Source: Escherichia phage AV126. Taken from it: DNA of 64,000 nucleotides. Position numbers and translations under genes: made by a program. Every line of letters begins with the position of its first letter. Position 1 is the first letter of the stretch. The notes beneath the pieces are model-generated. The model saw only the letters and a list, made by a program, of their open reading frames with translations, was not told the origin of the DNA and searched no databases. Below, piece after piece: positions 18,297 to 27,329 of the stretch. Where the stretch lies: the sequence record OR352956.1; one strand, 5' to 3'.

Positions 18297-18504
18297 TTAC
18301 AACCTCCTTAATAGCTACTGCACAGTTCTTACAAATACATTGACCTTTGTTCTTAGAAATTTCAATGTAAGGTTCATTTTCGTTTTCTCTGCGTCGTGAA
18401 TCGTATATTACAGTATTGAAGCAGACAACGCAAATGTTTTTAATAACGACATATTTTTGCACTTTTTGCTTAGTGCGAAAATTGACTTCAATGACTTCTC
18501 CCAT
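18274..18504 (-). CDS. small zinc-ribbon protein
   Basis: Start re-set to ATG after RBS GGGGAG (ATGA overlap with upstream stop); CVVC...CKNC. Confidence 0.4.
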   Translation of the reverse strand: MGEVIEVNFRTKQKVQKYVVIKNICVVCFNTVIYDSRRRENENEPYIEISKNKGQCICKNCAVAIKEVVNENAWDQ

Positions 18505-18788
18505 CAGTGAATCTCCCCTAAAATGTTGTTTTGAGACATTACTGCGGAGCATTCTACAGCATCATGAGTCCTTGCAAAACGCTCCCACAGCACAGCATCT
18601 ACTTTAAGAACCATACAAGGATAAATACTGTCGTTGATCATATCAATGCTATATTTATCTACATCCTTTTCATCTTCCATAAACAAAGTAGCGTATGCTT
18701 CCAAATGTTTACGGGTGTAGTATACGTCCTCTTCGGTAAGACCGACAACCAGGTAACTTGCTACAACAACAGTATTATCTTCTTGCAT
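18504..18788 (-). CDS. hypothetical protein
   Basis: Start re-set to ATG after RBS AGGGGAG, one base downstream of SleB-like stop. Confidence 0.4.
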   Translation of the reverse strand: MQEDNTVVVASYLVVGLTEEDVYYTRKHLEAYATLFMEDEKDVDKYSIDMINDSIYPCMVLKVDAVLWERFARTHDAVECSAVMSQNNILGEIH

Positions 18789-18789
18789 T

Positions 18790-19311
18790 TTAACTCCCCT
18801 TTGGTAGATAGAAACCATGCACTTTATCTCGATAAACAAGACGCATATCACGCTCCCAGTGTGTCCTTATATTCCGTTTCTTGAAGTATAGAGCACCTTT
18901 AGTAACATCTAAAACAGACCGCAATTCAGGAAAATGTTTCTCTAAATAAAGTAAACGTTCCGCTATTGCTTTTGCTTCCTGCCACTTATCTTTTTCTGTT
19001 ACGTTAAAAGTTTTCGCATATGAGAATTGCCCTTTCTGGAACAAGACTCCTCTGACTGTGTTAGGGAAGTATGTATCATTTCTTCTGTTGATTACTACAT
19101 TCCCAACGGCATTCATTCCTTTTTTACCCAGACCTCGACCTTCTGCGTAAATTGCACAAGCTAATAGAATTTTATCATTATATTGCTTTGTACATTTGTG
19201 AACTACTTTAGCAGTTTTTACGTTTGCAGCTTCGGCTTTCGCCACAACAGGTGTAAATGTAAAAGCAGTTAAGGATAGTAACGCAACTGTTACAAAGTTT
19301 TTTATCAGCAA
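18790..19311 (-). CDS. secreted cell-wall hydrolase, SleB/Hydrolase_2-like
   Basis: 173 aa; N-terminal signal peptide; AIYAEGRG...GMNAVGNVVINR motif; TTG start with RBS AAAAGGAGG. Confidence 0.6.
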   Translation of the reverse strand: MLIKNFVTVALLSLTAFTFTPVVAKAEAANVKTAKVVHKCTKQYNDKILLACAIYAEGRGLGKKGMNAVGNVVINRRNDTYFPNTVRGVLFQKGQFSYAKTFNVTEKDKWQEAKAIAERLLYLEKHFPELRSVLDVTKGALYFKKRNIRTHWERDMRLVYRDKVHGFYLPKGS

Positions 19312-19363
19312 ATTTTGCCTCCTTTTTAAGTTAACGAACTTCTAGTATAACACGATAGAGGCT

Positions 19364-19383
19364 TTATTGCAAGAGGGGGATTT
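19364..19383 (-). terminator. terminator-like hairpin after terD
   Basis: GAGGGGGA-gaaa-TCCCCCTC; no strong U tract. Confidence 0.35.
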
Positions 19384-19410
19384 CTCCCCCTCAAAATCAT
19401 TTGTTAATTA

Positions 19411-20013
19411 TTATGGACATTCATACCATTCTTTTTTACCACCGAAGGCCATCACCACATCGCAAATATCCAGACCAGCTTTACCTACACCATATGCTTT
19501 CAGTTTCCATTCCCCATCTTCACGAACCAAGGAAGCCACGTGGCAGATTGTGTTGCCAGCTACTTCAGGAGCTAGGAAGTCAAAATCCAGAATTTCCACA
19601 TTGCGCTCGGAGTCGAAGATTTTAAGCATACCTTCAGAAGCATGACCAAAACGTTTCAGACCTGTATCATCATCAATGGTCAGAACAAAGGCAATCTCTT
19701 GTGCATCAGGAGAGATTTTAGCCAGAGTAATATCAATCTGCTCCATGCTGCCAGTCCCATCACGAACATCGTCACCAGCGAAGGTAGAACGTTCAGGATC
19801 AAACTTGTTAGCATAGCAAACCAGATGACGTGCAGACAGCATTTCAGGATTGCCAGCGGCATTGTGACGACAAACCAGTGCACTTACATCCAGATCCAGT
19901 TTAGAATCAGATTTCCAAGAGAATTCCAGGCGCAGTTCTTTCAGAGCCGGAGCAACTTTCTTCAGGGAAATTTTTTCGCTAGAGCCTTTTTTCAGGGAAA
20001 TTTTATCATTCAT
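19411..20013 (-). CDS. terD: TerD-family stress protein
   Basis: 200 aa; DLDVSAL, GDDVRDGTGS, IDITL, EIAFVLTI, DGEWKLKAYG track E. coli TerD. Confidence 0.8.
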   Translation of the reverse strand: MNDKISLKKGSSEKISLKKVAPALKELRLEFSWKSDSKLDLDVSALVCRHNAAGNPEMLSARHLVCYANKFDPERSTFAGDDVRDGTGSMEQIDITLAKISPDAQEIAFVLTIDDDTGLKRFGHASEGMLKIFDSERNVEILDFDFLAPEVAGNTICHVASLVREDGEWKLKAYGVGKAGLDICDVVMAFGGKKEWYECP

Positions 20014-20028
20014 CTTTTGTCTCCTCTA

Positions 20029-20298
20029 TTATTTAAGTGTAATACCAGTTACAGTCAATTCTACTTCCAAAAGCTTAGATGTGTTTTGGATTGCTACTAA
20101 TTGTGCATGATGGTTTAGTTCTACAGCAGAATAATCATTTTCCCCATCATCTACTTTTAAATAAACAATAACTTCACTAAGGTCTAAACCATTTTCGTCA
20201 AATGCATTTTCATAGACGAAAGTATCTCCTACATCCAAATCTTTAATGGTAAGGCATCGTTTATTTACTTTTTGCTCATCAATTTCGAAGTTTAACAC
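20029..20298 (-). CDS. hypothetical protein, paralog family A
   Basis: 89 aa; LDVGDTFVY...TVTGITLK similar to 21320-21598 product. Confidence 0.45.
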   Translation of the reverse strand: MLNFEIDEQKVNKRCLTIKDLDVGDTFVYENAFDENGLDLSEVIVYLKVDDGENDYSAVELNHHAQLVAIQNTSKLLEVELTVTGITLK

Positions 20299-20527
20299 TT
20301 CTTCCTCCTAATGTTATCTCCGGTTTGTATATACGAAGAATTATAGCATTTTCATTTTCTTTGTCAACCCATTCTTCATAATCGGGCCATACATGAATCT
20401 CTACTCTACTTACAATATTTTCCATCCGCACAGTCCCAATGAAATATTCTTTGAGACTGCGCATAATGAAAGCTTCTCTCTCGCGCCAATAATTTTCTAC
20501 GACTTGAGAGGCAAGCTCGTCGATCAT
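20279..20527 (-). CDS. hypothetical protein
   Basis: 82-aa ORF, ATGA-type overlap with upstream gene. Confidence 0.4.
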   Translation of the reverse strand: MIDELASQVVENYWREREAFIMRSLKEYFIGTVRMENIVSRVEIHVWPDYEEWVDKENENAIILRIYKPEITLGGRSVKLRN

Positions 20528-21318
20528 TTTTTAGCACCTACCTTAACAACCCACTCTCCGAACTCTTCAGATAAGAGTTTGTCATAAAGCTCTGAATCTG
20601 TCAAGTCTAAATCTTTAATGCCAATAAAACCAACATTGTCATAAGCATTTGCCAGTTCTTTCAGGAAGCTGAACTTCTCATTACCAACGCCAACCATGAA
20701 CCAATAGATAGGCTTATTCTTATTCTCTTCAATAAGACGACGAACAGCACTAGGATCACCATTCTCACCATCTGTCTGGAAGAATACAACACCAGGAGTA
20801 ACGTCAGCACCTGGTTCAGATACAGCTACAACTTTTTCACGCTCTACAGATACTGTTTCAGTTTTACCCAGCAGACGATTAAAGAAGCCTTTCTTTGGAG
20901 CCTCCTCTTGTACCACTTGTTTAGTGGTAACATATTTGGTAACAGTGCCAAAATACTCATCGTAGATATCTGCCATTACAGGGGCGTAATTTGTTCCACC
21001 TCCGATACGAACATTACGCATACATTTACCAACATAGTCATCGTAAACGTCTGCTGTTGCTGGAGTAAGCTCTTGAGAACTCGTATTGAAGGCCCACATG
21101 TCAATTTGTTCATTATCGTCGAACAGCATACCAAAAGGAAGCAGTTTGCCTACAAAATCACTCACTACCCCACGAGTATATAGACCATGCATACTACCAG
21201 AAATATCTAGAGCACATGCTACACGAAGAACAATCTTACCTTCATTCAGGTTCTTATTCTTTTTCAGAGAGAAAGCAAGGTTTTCTTGACGTTTTTTCAG
21301 GCTGATTTTCTCGGACAT
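20524..21318 (-). CDS. von Willebrand factor A domain protein (TerY-like)
   Basis: 264 aa; MIDAS DISGSM, GGGTNYAP, TDGENGD; N-terminal ISLKK like TerD. Confidence 0.65.
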   Translation of the reverse strand: MSEKISLKKRQENLAFSLKKNKNLNEGKIVLRVACALDISGSMHGLYTRGVVSDFVGKLLPFGMLFDDNEQIDMWAFNTSSQELTPATADVYDDYVGKCMRNVRIGGGTNYAPVMADIYDEYFGTVTKYVTTKQVVQEEAPKKGFFNRLLGKTETVSVEREKVVAVSEPGADVTPGVVFFQTDGENGDPSAVRRLIEENKNKPIYWFMVGVGNEKFSFLKELANAYDNVGFIGIKDLDLTDSELYDKLLSEEFGEWVVKVGAKK

Positions 21319-21319
21319 A

Positions 21320-21598
21320 TTATTTCTCCTTCTTAAGTGTAATATTGGTAACTTCTAAATCTACTTCCACCATATTTGTATCTGGTGGGATGCAATGAGT
21401 ATAGCCTCGTTGTGCTAGTGATCCATTAATACAGATCGCACTGTTTGTGGAATTTTTAATGAACACCAAGTTACGGTAGGTATCCAACCCTGCGTCTTCA
21501 TAGGCATCATAATACATGAATGTGTCCCCTATGCCAAGGTCTTCGAAAGCAATAGGTAAATCCTGACACTTTTCTTCTTGAATATTGAATCTAAACAC
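21320..21598 (-). CDS. hypothetical protein, paralog family A
   Basis: Probable GTG start after RBS GAGGAGG; LGIGDTFMY...EVTNITLK; track ORF extended to 21664. Confidence 0.4.
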   Translation of the reverse strand: MFRFNIQEEKCQDLPIAFEDLGIGDTFMYYDAYEDAGLDTYRNLVFIKNSTNSAICINGSLAQRGYTHCIPPDTNMVEVDLEVTNITLKKEK

Positions 21599-22154
21599 GC
21601 ATACCTCCTCTACCAATTTTGAAGCCCAAATCGTAAGCTTCCTTAGTGATCTTTTGTAACTCACTTATAGGAAGTGTTACAAGAGGATCATCTTCTTCAA
21701 TTTCCATCTTGTCATCTTCTGTTTCAATGAGAGTATTATGCACTTTGTGATAAGGGTTGTCAACACGTTTAAACTTATTCTTTTCTGTGCTGAAAAAACA
21801 ATCTGGATCTTCTTCACCATCACCCCAACCTTGGTTAGGATCTCCGTCAGATTGTTCTGTAGGGATTTCACCTGTAAAATACTCTTCCAGCACCATAGCG
21901 ATACCGTCCCTTGGATTCGAGGAATGCATTAAATCACAAACCTTACCCCAATCCATAGCCCATTCGAACCGTTCACGAACGCCATTTTCATTCTCCTTTC
22001 CAGAGAAAACACAACCATAACTATCATAGTTGCCATACATCTCTTCAATAACAACACCATCCTTCAAAAGAAAGAGATAGCAAGGTGATCCGTCGAAAGA
22101 AGTAGAAAGGGCAGCTTTGCCCGATTCCTTACACAAAAAGCTAAAACAACCCAT
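21591..22154 (-). CDS. hypothetical protein
   Basis: 187-aa ORF, acidic C-terminal half. Confidence 0.45.
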   Translation of the reverse strand: MGCFSFLCKESGKAALSTSFDGSPCYLFLLKDGVVIEEMYGNYDSYGCVFSGKENENGVRERFEWAMDWGKVCDLMHSSNPRDGIAMVLEEYFTGEIPTEQSDGDPNQGWGDGEEDPDCFFSTEKNKFKRVDNPYHKVHNTLIETEDDKMEIEEDDPLVTLPISELQKITKEAYDLGFKIGRGGMRV

Positions 22155-22351
22155 TACAAACCCTCCTTCAGATTATCAAGAGCTACAGTGGTTTCACAAA
22201 ATTCTCCATATGCTTTATGATGTTCTAGAAAAGCTTCAGGTCCACCCCAATCATTATCGTGTGTATTCCAACCATCAATAAAAGCATCTTCAATGATTGT
22301 GATCAGTTCCTGTCGAGTCAACGTAATGGTATCAGGTTTTGGATTATGCAT
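22154..22351 (-). CDS. hypothetical small protein
   Basis: 65-aa ORF. Confidence 0.4.
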   Translation of the reverse strand: MHNPKPDTITLTRQELITIIEDAFIDGWNTHDNDWGGPEAFLEHHKAYGEFCETTVALDNLKEGL

Positions 22352-22517
22352 CTTCTTTCTCCTCTAAAATATGAAACCCATAGCTACAATAGTCCTGAAA
22401 GGTTTCGTGTGCAAGATCTTCTATATCCTCTTGAGACATATCATCTTCAATTTCGATATCCACAACCTCATTGCATCCACACCAAGCAGTTTCAATATTC
22501 ACTCGTAAAGTTTTCAT
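22344..22517 (-). CDS. hypothetical small protein
   Basis: 57-aa ORF not in track; ATGA overlap with upstream stop. Confidence 0.3.
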   Translation of the reverse strand: MKTLRVNIETAWCGCNEVVDIEIEDDMSQEDIEDLAHETFQDYCSYGFHILEEKEDA

Positions 22518-22720
22518 TCTTCTTCCTCATTAAATTCCACATCAGAAATAACTTTAAATCTACCAAAGTTACGACAACCTTCATAGATATATCCATCACG
22601 ACAAGCTGCAAAAATATCTGGAGTTTGTAGCTGGGTCATTGGGGCAAAGCGTTTCTCTTCGTCATAACGAACACCTATTTCTCCAGCTTGTTCGTCAAGC
22701 ATGTATACACGGATTCTCAT
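22514..22720 (-). CDS. hypothetical small protein
   Basis: 68-aa ORF. Confidence 0.4.
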   Translation of the reverse strand: MRIRVYMLDEQAGEIGVRYDEEKRFAPMTQLQTPDIFAACRDGYIYEGCRNFGRFKVISDVEFNEEEE

Positions 22721-23829
22721 TTACCCAACCCCTTCTTAACAGCGTCAACCATCCCATCTTCGAGAGATTGAACTTCATTGATGTAATCAACACGGGCAGC
22801 ACGGGCTTCCGTATTGATGCGGTTAGTTTCTTCCAACATTTTAACCAAGTTTTCCTGATCGTGACGCAGAGTTTCAATATCCAACACTTGACGGTTAGCC
22901 AGTGCTGCTGCTTCGATCTGATTCTGTGTGGCAAGATCGCTACCCAGTTTAATTGCCAGGTTAAATTCATCAAGAACGTTATTCTGTGTCTCTGCGGCTT
23001 TCATTTGACGTAAGCTTTCAATATACATTGAGAAGTTAGCAGAGTAAGCAGGAATAACATTATTTACTATGTTACGCGCAGATCGCATTAAGCTTGCAGA
23101 AACTTTTTGCATACCTTGCACACGTGGTCCCATTTGGACACACAGTAGGCGCAATGCTTTTAAATCCGCAATACGAATCTCCAGAAGATCCAAGGTATCT
23201 CGGATCGCTTGTCGCTGTTCTACCGCATCTTCTGGAAGAGCAGCCAAAGCTTGTTCTTCTTTTTCATAGGTCGCTGTTAGAAGCTGCATATCTCGGTTCA
23301 AACTTGCAGCATATTGTCCAATAGCTTGATGTAGCTTTTCAAGGTATACCAAAGAATCTTCTTCTTTGCGAATATCCATTTGAAGGTTCTTTACCAACTC
23401 TTCAATACGGTTATTAACATTATCAAACTCCCCAAACAGGTCTTCTTTCATACCCATAACTTTTTTAATGAGTTTAGTAATACCCTTGCTTTGTTTAATA
23501 GAGTTTGGATCAAGTTGTTTTGCCTGTTTAATCAAAGCTGTGAGTCGTTCACTCATCTGATCGCCTTGATTACTACGTTGATGTTTTAATACCTCAGCAT
23601 TCAAGGAACGCAAGGTTGTTCCTGCCTCTGCCCCAATCTCTTCGATCTCTTGTCGGGTCATAGAAGGCAAAACTGGAACTTCTTGCGGTGCCGCTGGTGC
23701 ATAAACAGGACTGGCATCTAACACGCTTGGAGCGAATACAGATTTACTTGCATCTGTTGTTGCAGCGAATACACTCATTTCAGACTTCTTCTGACCACCA
23801 GTAGCTGCTTTTAAAAATGGACTTGTCAT
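22717..23829 (-). CDS. TelA-like (toxic anion resistance family) protein, putative
   Basis: 370 aa, mostly helical/coiled-coil; assignment rests on size and Ter neighbourhood, not a verified motif. Confidence 0.4.
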   Translation of the reverse strand: MTSPFLKAATGGQKKSEMSVFAATTDASKSVFAPSVLDASPVYAPAAPQEVPVLPSMTRQEIEEIGAEAGTTLRSLNAEVLKHQRSNQGDQMSERLTALIKQAKQLDPNSIKQSKGITKLIKKVMGMKEDLFGEFDNVNNRIEELVKNLQMDIRKEEDSLVYLEKLHQAIGQYAASLNRDMQLLTATYEKEEQALAALPEDAVEQRQAIRDTLDLLEIRIADLKALRLLCVQMGPRVQGMQKVSASLMRSARNIVNNVIPAYSANFSMYIESLRQMKAAETQNNVLDEFNLAIKLGSDLATQNQIEAAALANRQVLDIETLRHDQENLVKMLEETNRINTEARAARVDYINEVQSLEDGMVDAVKKGLGK

Positions 23830-24416
23830 TCTTCATTCTCCTCTTCTGCATCTCTTATATATGGTGAAACACCGTACTCTTTAGCTACTTTAACCCAATC
23901 ATCCCATTTATATAACCATAATTTTCCTTCAGTTCCTTCTTTATCTGATTTCAACCACATGTTAGGTTGCTTGCCTGGGTACATGCGATTAGGTTTACGA
24001 TTATAACCTCTAACACATCTTGTCGCAAACCTATCTACCAGAACAAGAACATATTTATATTCGTGGTTCAACGGCTCTTTGGAAGTGGCTTTAGGATTAG
24101 CCCCTAATTCTGCTGCCAGTTTTTGCCAATGAGCACCGTGCCTACTAAACTTACCCATACAACCATCAATAGCATGAGCAATTTCGTGCTTCATTGTATC
24201 CACGATCATATCTCTTGTGGAGTTCTTATGCAAGTGCCAATTTACAACAACAATTTTATCTCGGTAGTTGCACCAACCGAAAGAGTTATTCACTTTGTTT
24301 CTAACACAAGCTTTATATCCTGCTTCACGTAACATGTTGTAGTAAACAGGAAAATCTTCTTTTATTTCCTGCATCACTTCCCACCACAAGAGTTGCAAGT
24401 CTCTCTCGGTATGCAT
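23826..24416 (-). CDS. SprT-like zinc metalloprotease
   Basis: 196 aa; HEIAH (HExxH) preceded by WCNYRDKIVVVNW. Confidence 0.5.
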   Translation of the reverse strand: MHTERDLQLLWWEVMQEIKEDFPVYYNMLREAGYKACVRNKVNNSFGWCNYRDKIVVVNWHLHKNSTRDMIVDTMKHEIAHAIDGCMGKFSRHGAHWQKLAAELGANPKATSKEPLNHEYKYVLVLVDRFATRCVRGYNRKPNRMYPGKQPNMWLKSDKEGTEGKLWLYKWDDWVKVAKEYGVSPYIRDAEEENEE

Positions 24417-24419
24417 AAC

Positions 24420-25013
24420 TTACACCTTAAAAGCGAAATGCGTGGTCGTGGCTTCAAAATCAGGGCCAGATAAACTTGCACTGAAATCTGAAATATTTGT
24501 AATTAAAAAGCTTTTATGCATACCTAACACAGCCACGCTTTCAATATCTTCTACTAACATTTCAATCATGTTAGAAACATGGCTGAACGTATAGTTTTGT
24601 TTTTTGATGGTGTAGAAAGAAAGACTCCCACCTGCTGTATAAGATACCTCTTCAAAATCTTTAATCGTATATTGTGTGCCATCAGTAAAGAAAATGGTAG
24701 CTTTATTAGTAGCACGTTTCTTGTTTTTTGGTCCTTTTTTACGTTTACTGCGAGTAGGCAAACCGTTTGGAAATACCGTAGCTACAAATTCTTCAGGAGA
24801 AACCTCCTTACCGAAATCATAACCGTAAGAAACAGCGTCTATAAACTCGTCGTCTTCATTTTTAAAATAATGAAAATAGGGCCAATTTGAGAGATTATCG
24901 AGCATCTTATGCTCATCCACAGCAGAGAACGTATCCCTCAAAGCACGTGTGATTTGCAAAGCATTAGGCAAACTTTTAACACCTGTAATGGAAGTACGAA
25001 TAGAAATTGTCAT
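24420..25013 (-). CDS. hypothetical protein
   Basis: 197-aa ORF. Confidence 0.45.
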   Translation of the reverse strand: MTISIRTSITGVKSLPNALQITRALRDTFSAVDEHKMLDNLSNWPYFHYFKNEDDEFIDAVSYGYDFGKEVSPEEFVATVFPNGLPTRSKRKKGPKNKKRATNKATIFFTDGTQYTIKDFEEVSYTAGGSLSFYTIKKQNYTFSHVSNMIEMLVEDIESVAVLGMHKSFLITNISDFSASLSGPDFEATTTHFAFKV

Positions 25014-25027
25014 TGTTTTTCTCCTTA

Positions 25028-25465
25028 TTAACGTCGCTTGCTACGAGATGAACTCTTTTTACTTAAAGGGCTATTGTAAGATTTACGAGTTGTATAGCTA
25101 CTATTTGTTTTAAAAGTTTGTCTCGGCTTTTCATAAGTTTTTATCTCTTGTTTAGGCTTACCATAAAAATTAGTTTTCGGCTTAGGTGTATTATAATGCT
25201 TATTAATAATCGTTCTGTTATCGTTATAATCTCCACTGCTACGATTACTACCGCCACTCATCATATGCCCTAACAACATACCTGTAGCAAACTCACCAAC
25301 ACCGCTACTACTAGAACCGCCACCATTGTTGATAATAGTTGTATCTCCGTCAGATCCTTGTTGAGCGTATTGTTGAGGAGGTTGTTGGTATTGTGCAGGA
25401 TTTGTTTCATCCTCGCAAGCTGTTAAAAAGATACAACCAATTAAAATCAGGGCTAGTTTTTTCAT
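25028..25465 (-). CDS. lipoprotein
   Basis: Start re-set to MKKLALILIGCIFLTAC (lipobox LTAC) after RBS GAGGAAAG; Gln/Pro/Gly-rich mature part. Confidence 0.55.
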   Translation of the reverse strand: MKKLALILIGCIFLTACEDETNPAQYQQPPQQYAQQGSDGDTTIINNGGGSSSSGVGEFATGMLLGHMMSGGSNRSSGDYNDNRTIINKHYNTPKPKTNFYGKPKQEIKTYEKPRQTFKTNSSYTTRKSYNSPLSKKSSSRSKRR

Positions 25466-25652
25466 ATTTGCTTTCCTCGTTTTGGCTATTAATACATCTG
25501 TGTTTGAAATCTCCAGAGAAGCAATAAAGTTGCTCTCCATCTCGGTATAAACTCACTTTACTGCCGTTGATTACGCTTGTCAATACAAAAATTACAACAA
25601 ACAACCCTATTGCAAAACAGATATTTTCAAACACAACCAACAAGTATTTCAT
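25407..25652 (-). CDS. small membrane protein
   Basis: 81 aa, hydrophobic N-terminal helix; ATGA overlap with upstream stop. Confidence 0.4.
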   Translation of the reverse strand: MKYLLVVFENICFAIGLFVVIFVLTSVINGSKVSLYRDGEQLYCFSGDFKHRCINSQNEESKYEKTSPDFNWLYLFNSLRG

Positions 25653-25999
25653 TTTAAAAATACCTCATCATCAGTTTCATTATCCCAGAAGAACAAATCC
25701 CAACCATTTGGATCGTTCCATTTGGCTGCTGGAGAAGTCCATATTTGTTCGATATCAATATTCAAAACTTCACCGTTTCGTTTTGAAACAGCTTTAGTTA
25801 ATTCCCAACGAGATACAGGCTCTACTTCTCCTGAACCACTTCCACAACAAGCTACAACATTAGGAGGCAAATTAATTGGATCTTTGGTCACAATCATAAC
25901 GCTTACCCCAGGGTAAACTTTTGAAAGATAGTCTGAAATGTAATCCACATCACCAGATAAATCCCAAACAAGTTCTTGAATTTCATCAAAATTATTCAT
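25649..25999 (-). CDS. hypothetical protein
   Basis: 116-aa ORF, RBS AGGAGAG. Confidence 0.5.
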   Translation of the reverse strand: MNNFDEIQELVWDLSGDVDYISDYLSKVYPGVSVMIVTKDPINLPPNVVACCGSGSGEVEPVSRWELTKAVSKRNGEVLNIDIEQIWTSPAAKWNDPNGWDLFFWDNETDDEVFLK

Positions 26000-26010
26000 A
26001 AGTCTCTCCT

Positions 26011-26035
26011 ATAAAATAGCCTCCCGAAGGAGGCT
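26011..26035 (-). terminator. hairpin after terC
   Basis: AGCCTCC-ttcg-GGAGGCT then ATTTTAT on minus strand. Confidence 0.5.
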
Positions 26036-26041
26036 CATCTA

Positions 26042-27016
26042 TTAAACAGCAGCTTCTTCTTTTTCAGGGAAGATAAAGCTTGCAATAACACCAAGAGCTA
26101 ATGTGCCTAGAACAATCATCAGACTTACGTTAGGGGAAATATCATGCGGGAGGAATGACCATTTGGCATGAAGTGTTTCACCGAACGGGTGATACATAAG
26201 TTTAGCACCAACAAACACCAGAACCACAGCAACAGCTTTCTCTAAGTGAACCAGATATTTCACAGCTACACTTAACACAAAGAAAAGTGCACGTAAACCA
26301 AGAACAGCCATCAGCATTGCAGAATAAACTAGCAGAGGTTCTTGTGTCACCCCGATCACAGCCGGAACTGAATCAAAAGAGAAGACAATATCTGTAAGCT
26401 CAATAACAAACACACAAAGAAGAGCAGGAGTTGCATATTTAATACCATTCTTAATGGTAATGAACTTTTCACCATCCAGTGCATTGTGCACAGGCAGAAC
26501 TTTACCTACTAAACGAACAGCCCAATGCTTAGAGTAATCAATATCCTCTTCTTCGTCACCACCTTTGATGATAGCCACGGCAGACCAGGCTACAATCAAA
26601 CCGAACAACACTTGGACCGACCAATGAAGGTTAAACAAAGCGGTGCCTGCTGCAACAAAAATACCTCGGAAGACAATGGCTCCTGCAATCCCCCAAAGTA
26701 AAATCTTATGTTGGAGATGTGTGCTCTTAATTCCAAAGCTTGCAAAAATTGCCATGAACACCATCAGGTTATCTACAGAAAGACTCTTTTCCAACACATA
26801 ACCACTTAGGAAAAGCGCGGCAAACTCTTTACCATGTTCTACCCAAATGAATGCGTAATATCCTAAAGCTAAAGCAATCCAAAAAACAGACCAAAGCAAA
26901 GCAGATTTAATTCCAATTTCTTTATTCTCTTTATGACCAAAGAAATCGATACCAATAGACAATGCCAAAATACCAACTAAAACAACTACATCAATAATTG
27001 GGAAACCGAGTTGCAT
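26042..27016 (-). CDS. terC: TerC-family integral membrane protein
   Basis: 324 aa, multi-pass; EKSLSVDNLMVF and SFDSVPAVIGVT motifs. Confidence 0.8.
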   Translation of the reverse strand: MQLGFPIIDVVVLVGILALSIGIDFFGHKENKEIGIKSALLWSVFWIALALGYYAFIWVEHGKEFAALFLSGYVLEKSLSVDNLMVFMAIFASFGIKSTHLQHKILLWGIAGAIVFRGIFVAAGTALFNLHWSVQVLFGLIVAWSAVAIIKGGDEEEDIDYSKHWAVRLVGKVLPVHNALDGEKFITIKNGIKYATPALLCVFVIELTDIVFSFDSVPAVIGVTQEPLLVYSAMLMAVLGLRALFFVLSVAVKYLVHLEKAVAVVLVFVGAKLMYHPFGETLHAKWSFLPHDISPNVSLMIVLGTLALGVIASFIFPEKEEAAV

Positions 27017-27033
27017 TCTTTTCTCCTCTCTTT

Positions 27034-27092
27034 GCGGGGAACTATTCCCCGCTTCATGTGATATATCTTACTCTTTTTAAGAACTATGTCAA
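27034..27092 (-). promoter_or_regulatory. promoter plus 5' hairpin cassette driving terC
   Basis: Minus strand TTGACA, 16 nt, TAAGAT, then GCGGGGAA-tag-TTCCCCGC and RBS; same design as island cassettes. Confidence 0.6.
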
Positions 27093-27095
27093 CAC

Positions 27096-27317
27096 TTATT
27101 TTGTTGAATGAGAGGAAAAGATTCCTCGTAATACAGCCAGAATAAACGAAACACAAACCACGGTCCAGAAGGTTACTGGGACAGTGATATCTGCATGACC
27201 CATAACTTCAGCAACATAGTTGTAAGCCAGCAACAGTAACCAAGCTGGAATCAAACTAAGCATAAAAGCAATAACAAAAAAGCTTACCACTGCAACAATA
27301 CCTGCAAAAACACCCAT
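27096..27317 (-). CDS. small membrane protein
   Basis: 73 aa, two hydrophobic helices. Confidence 0.45.
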   Translation of the reverse strand: MGVFAGIVAVVSFFVIAFMLSLIPAWLLLLAYNYVAEVMGHADITVPVTFWTVVCVSFILAVLRGIFSSHSTK

Positions 27318-27329
27318 ACTAATCTCCTC

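Noticed and set aside
22717-23829. Calling the 370-aa coiled-coil protein a tape-measure or other structural protein
   Set aside because: Too short and located in a non-structural minus-strand block among Ter-family genes; kept as a tentative TelA-like call.
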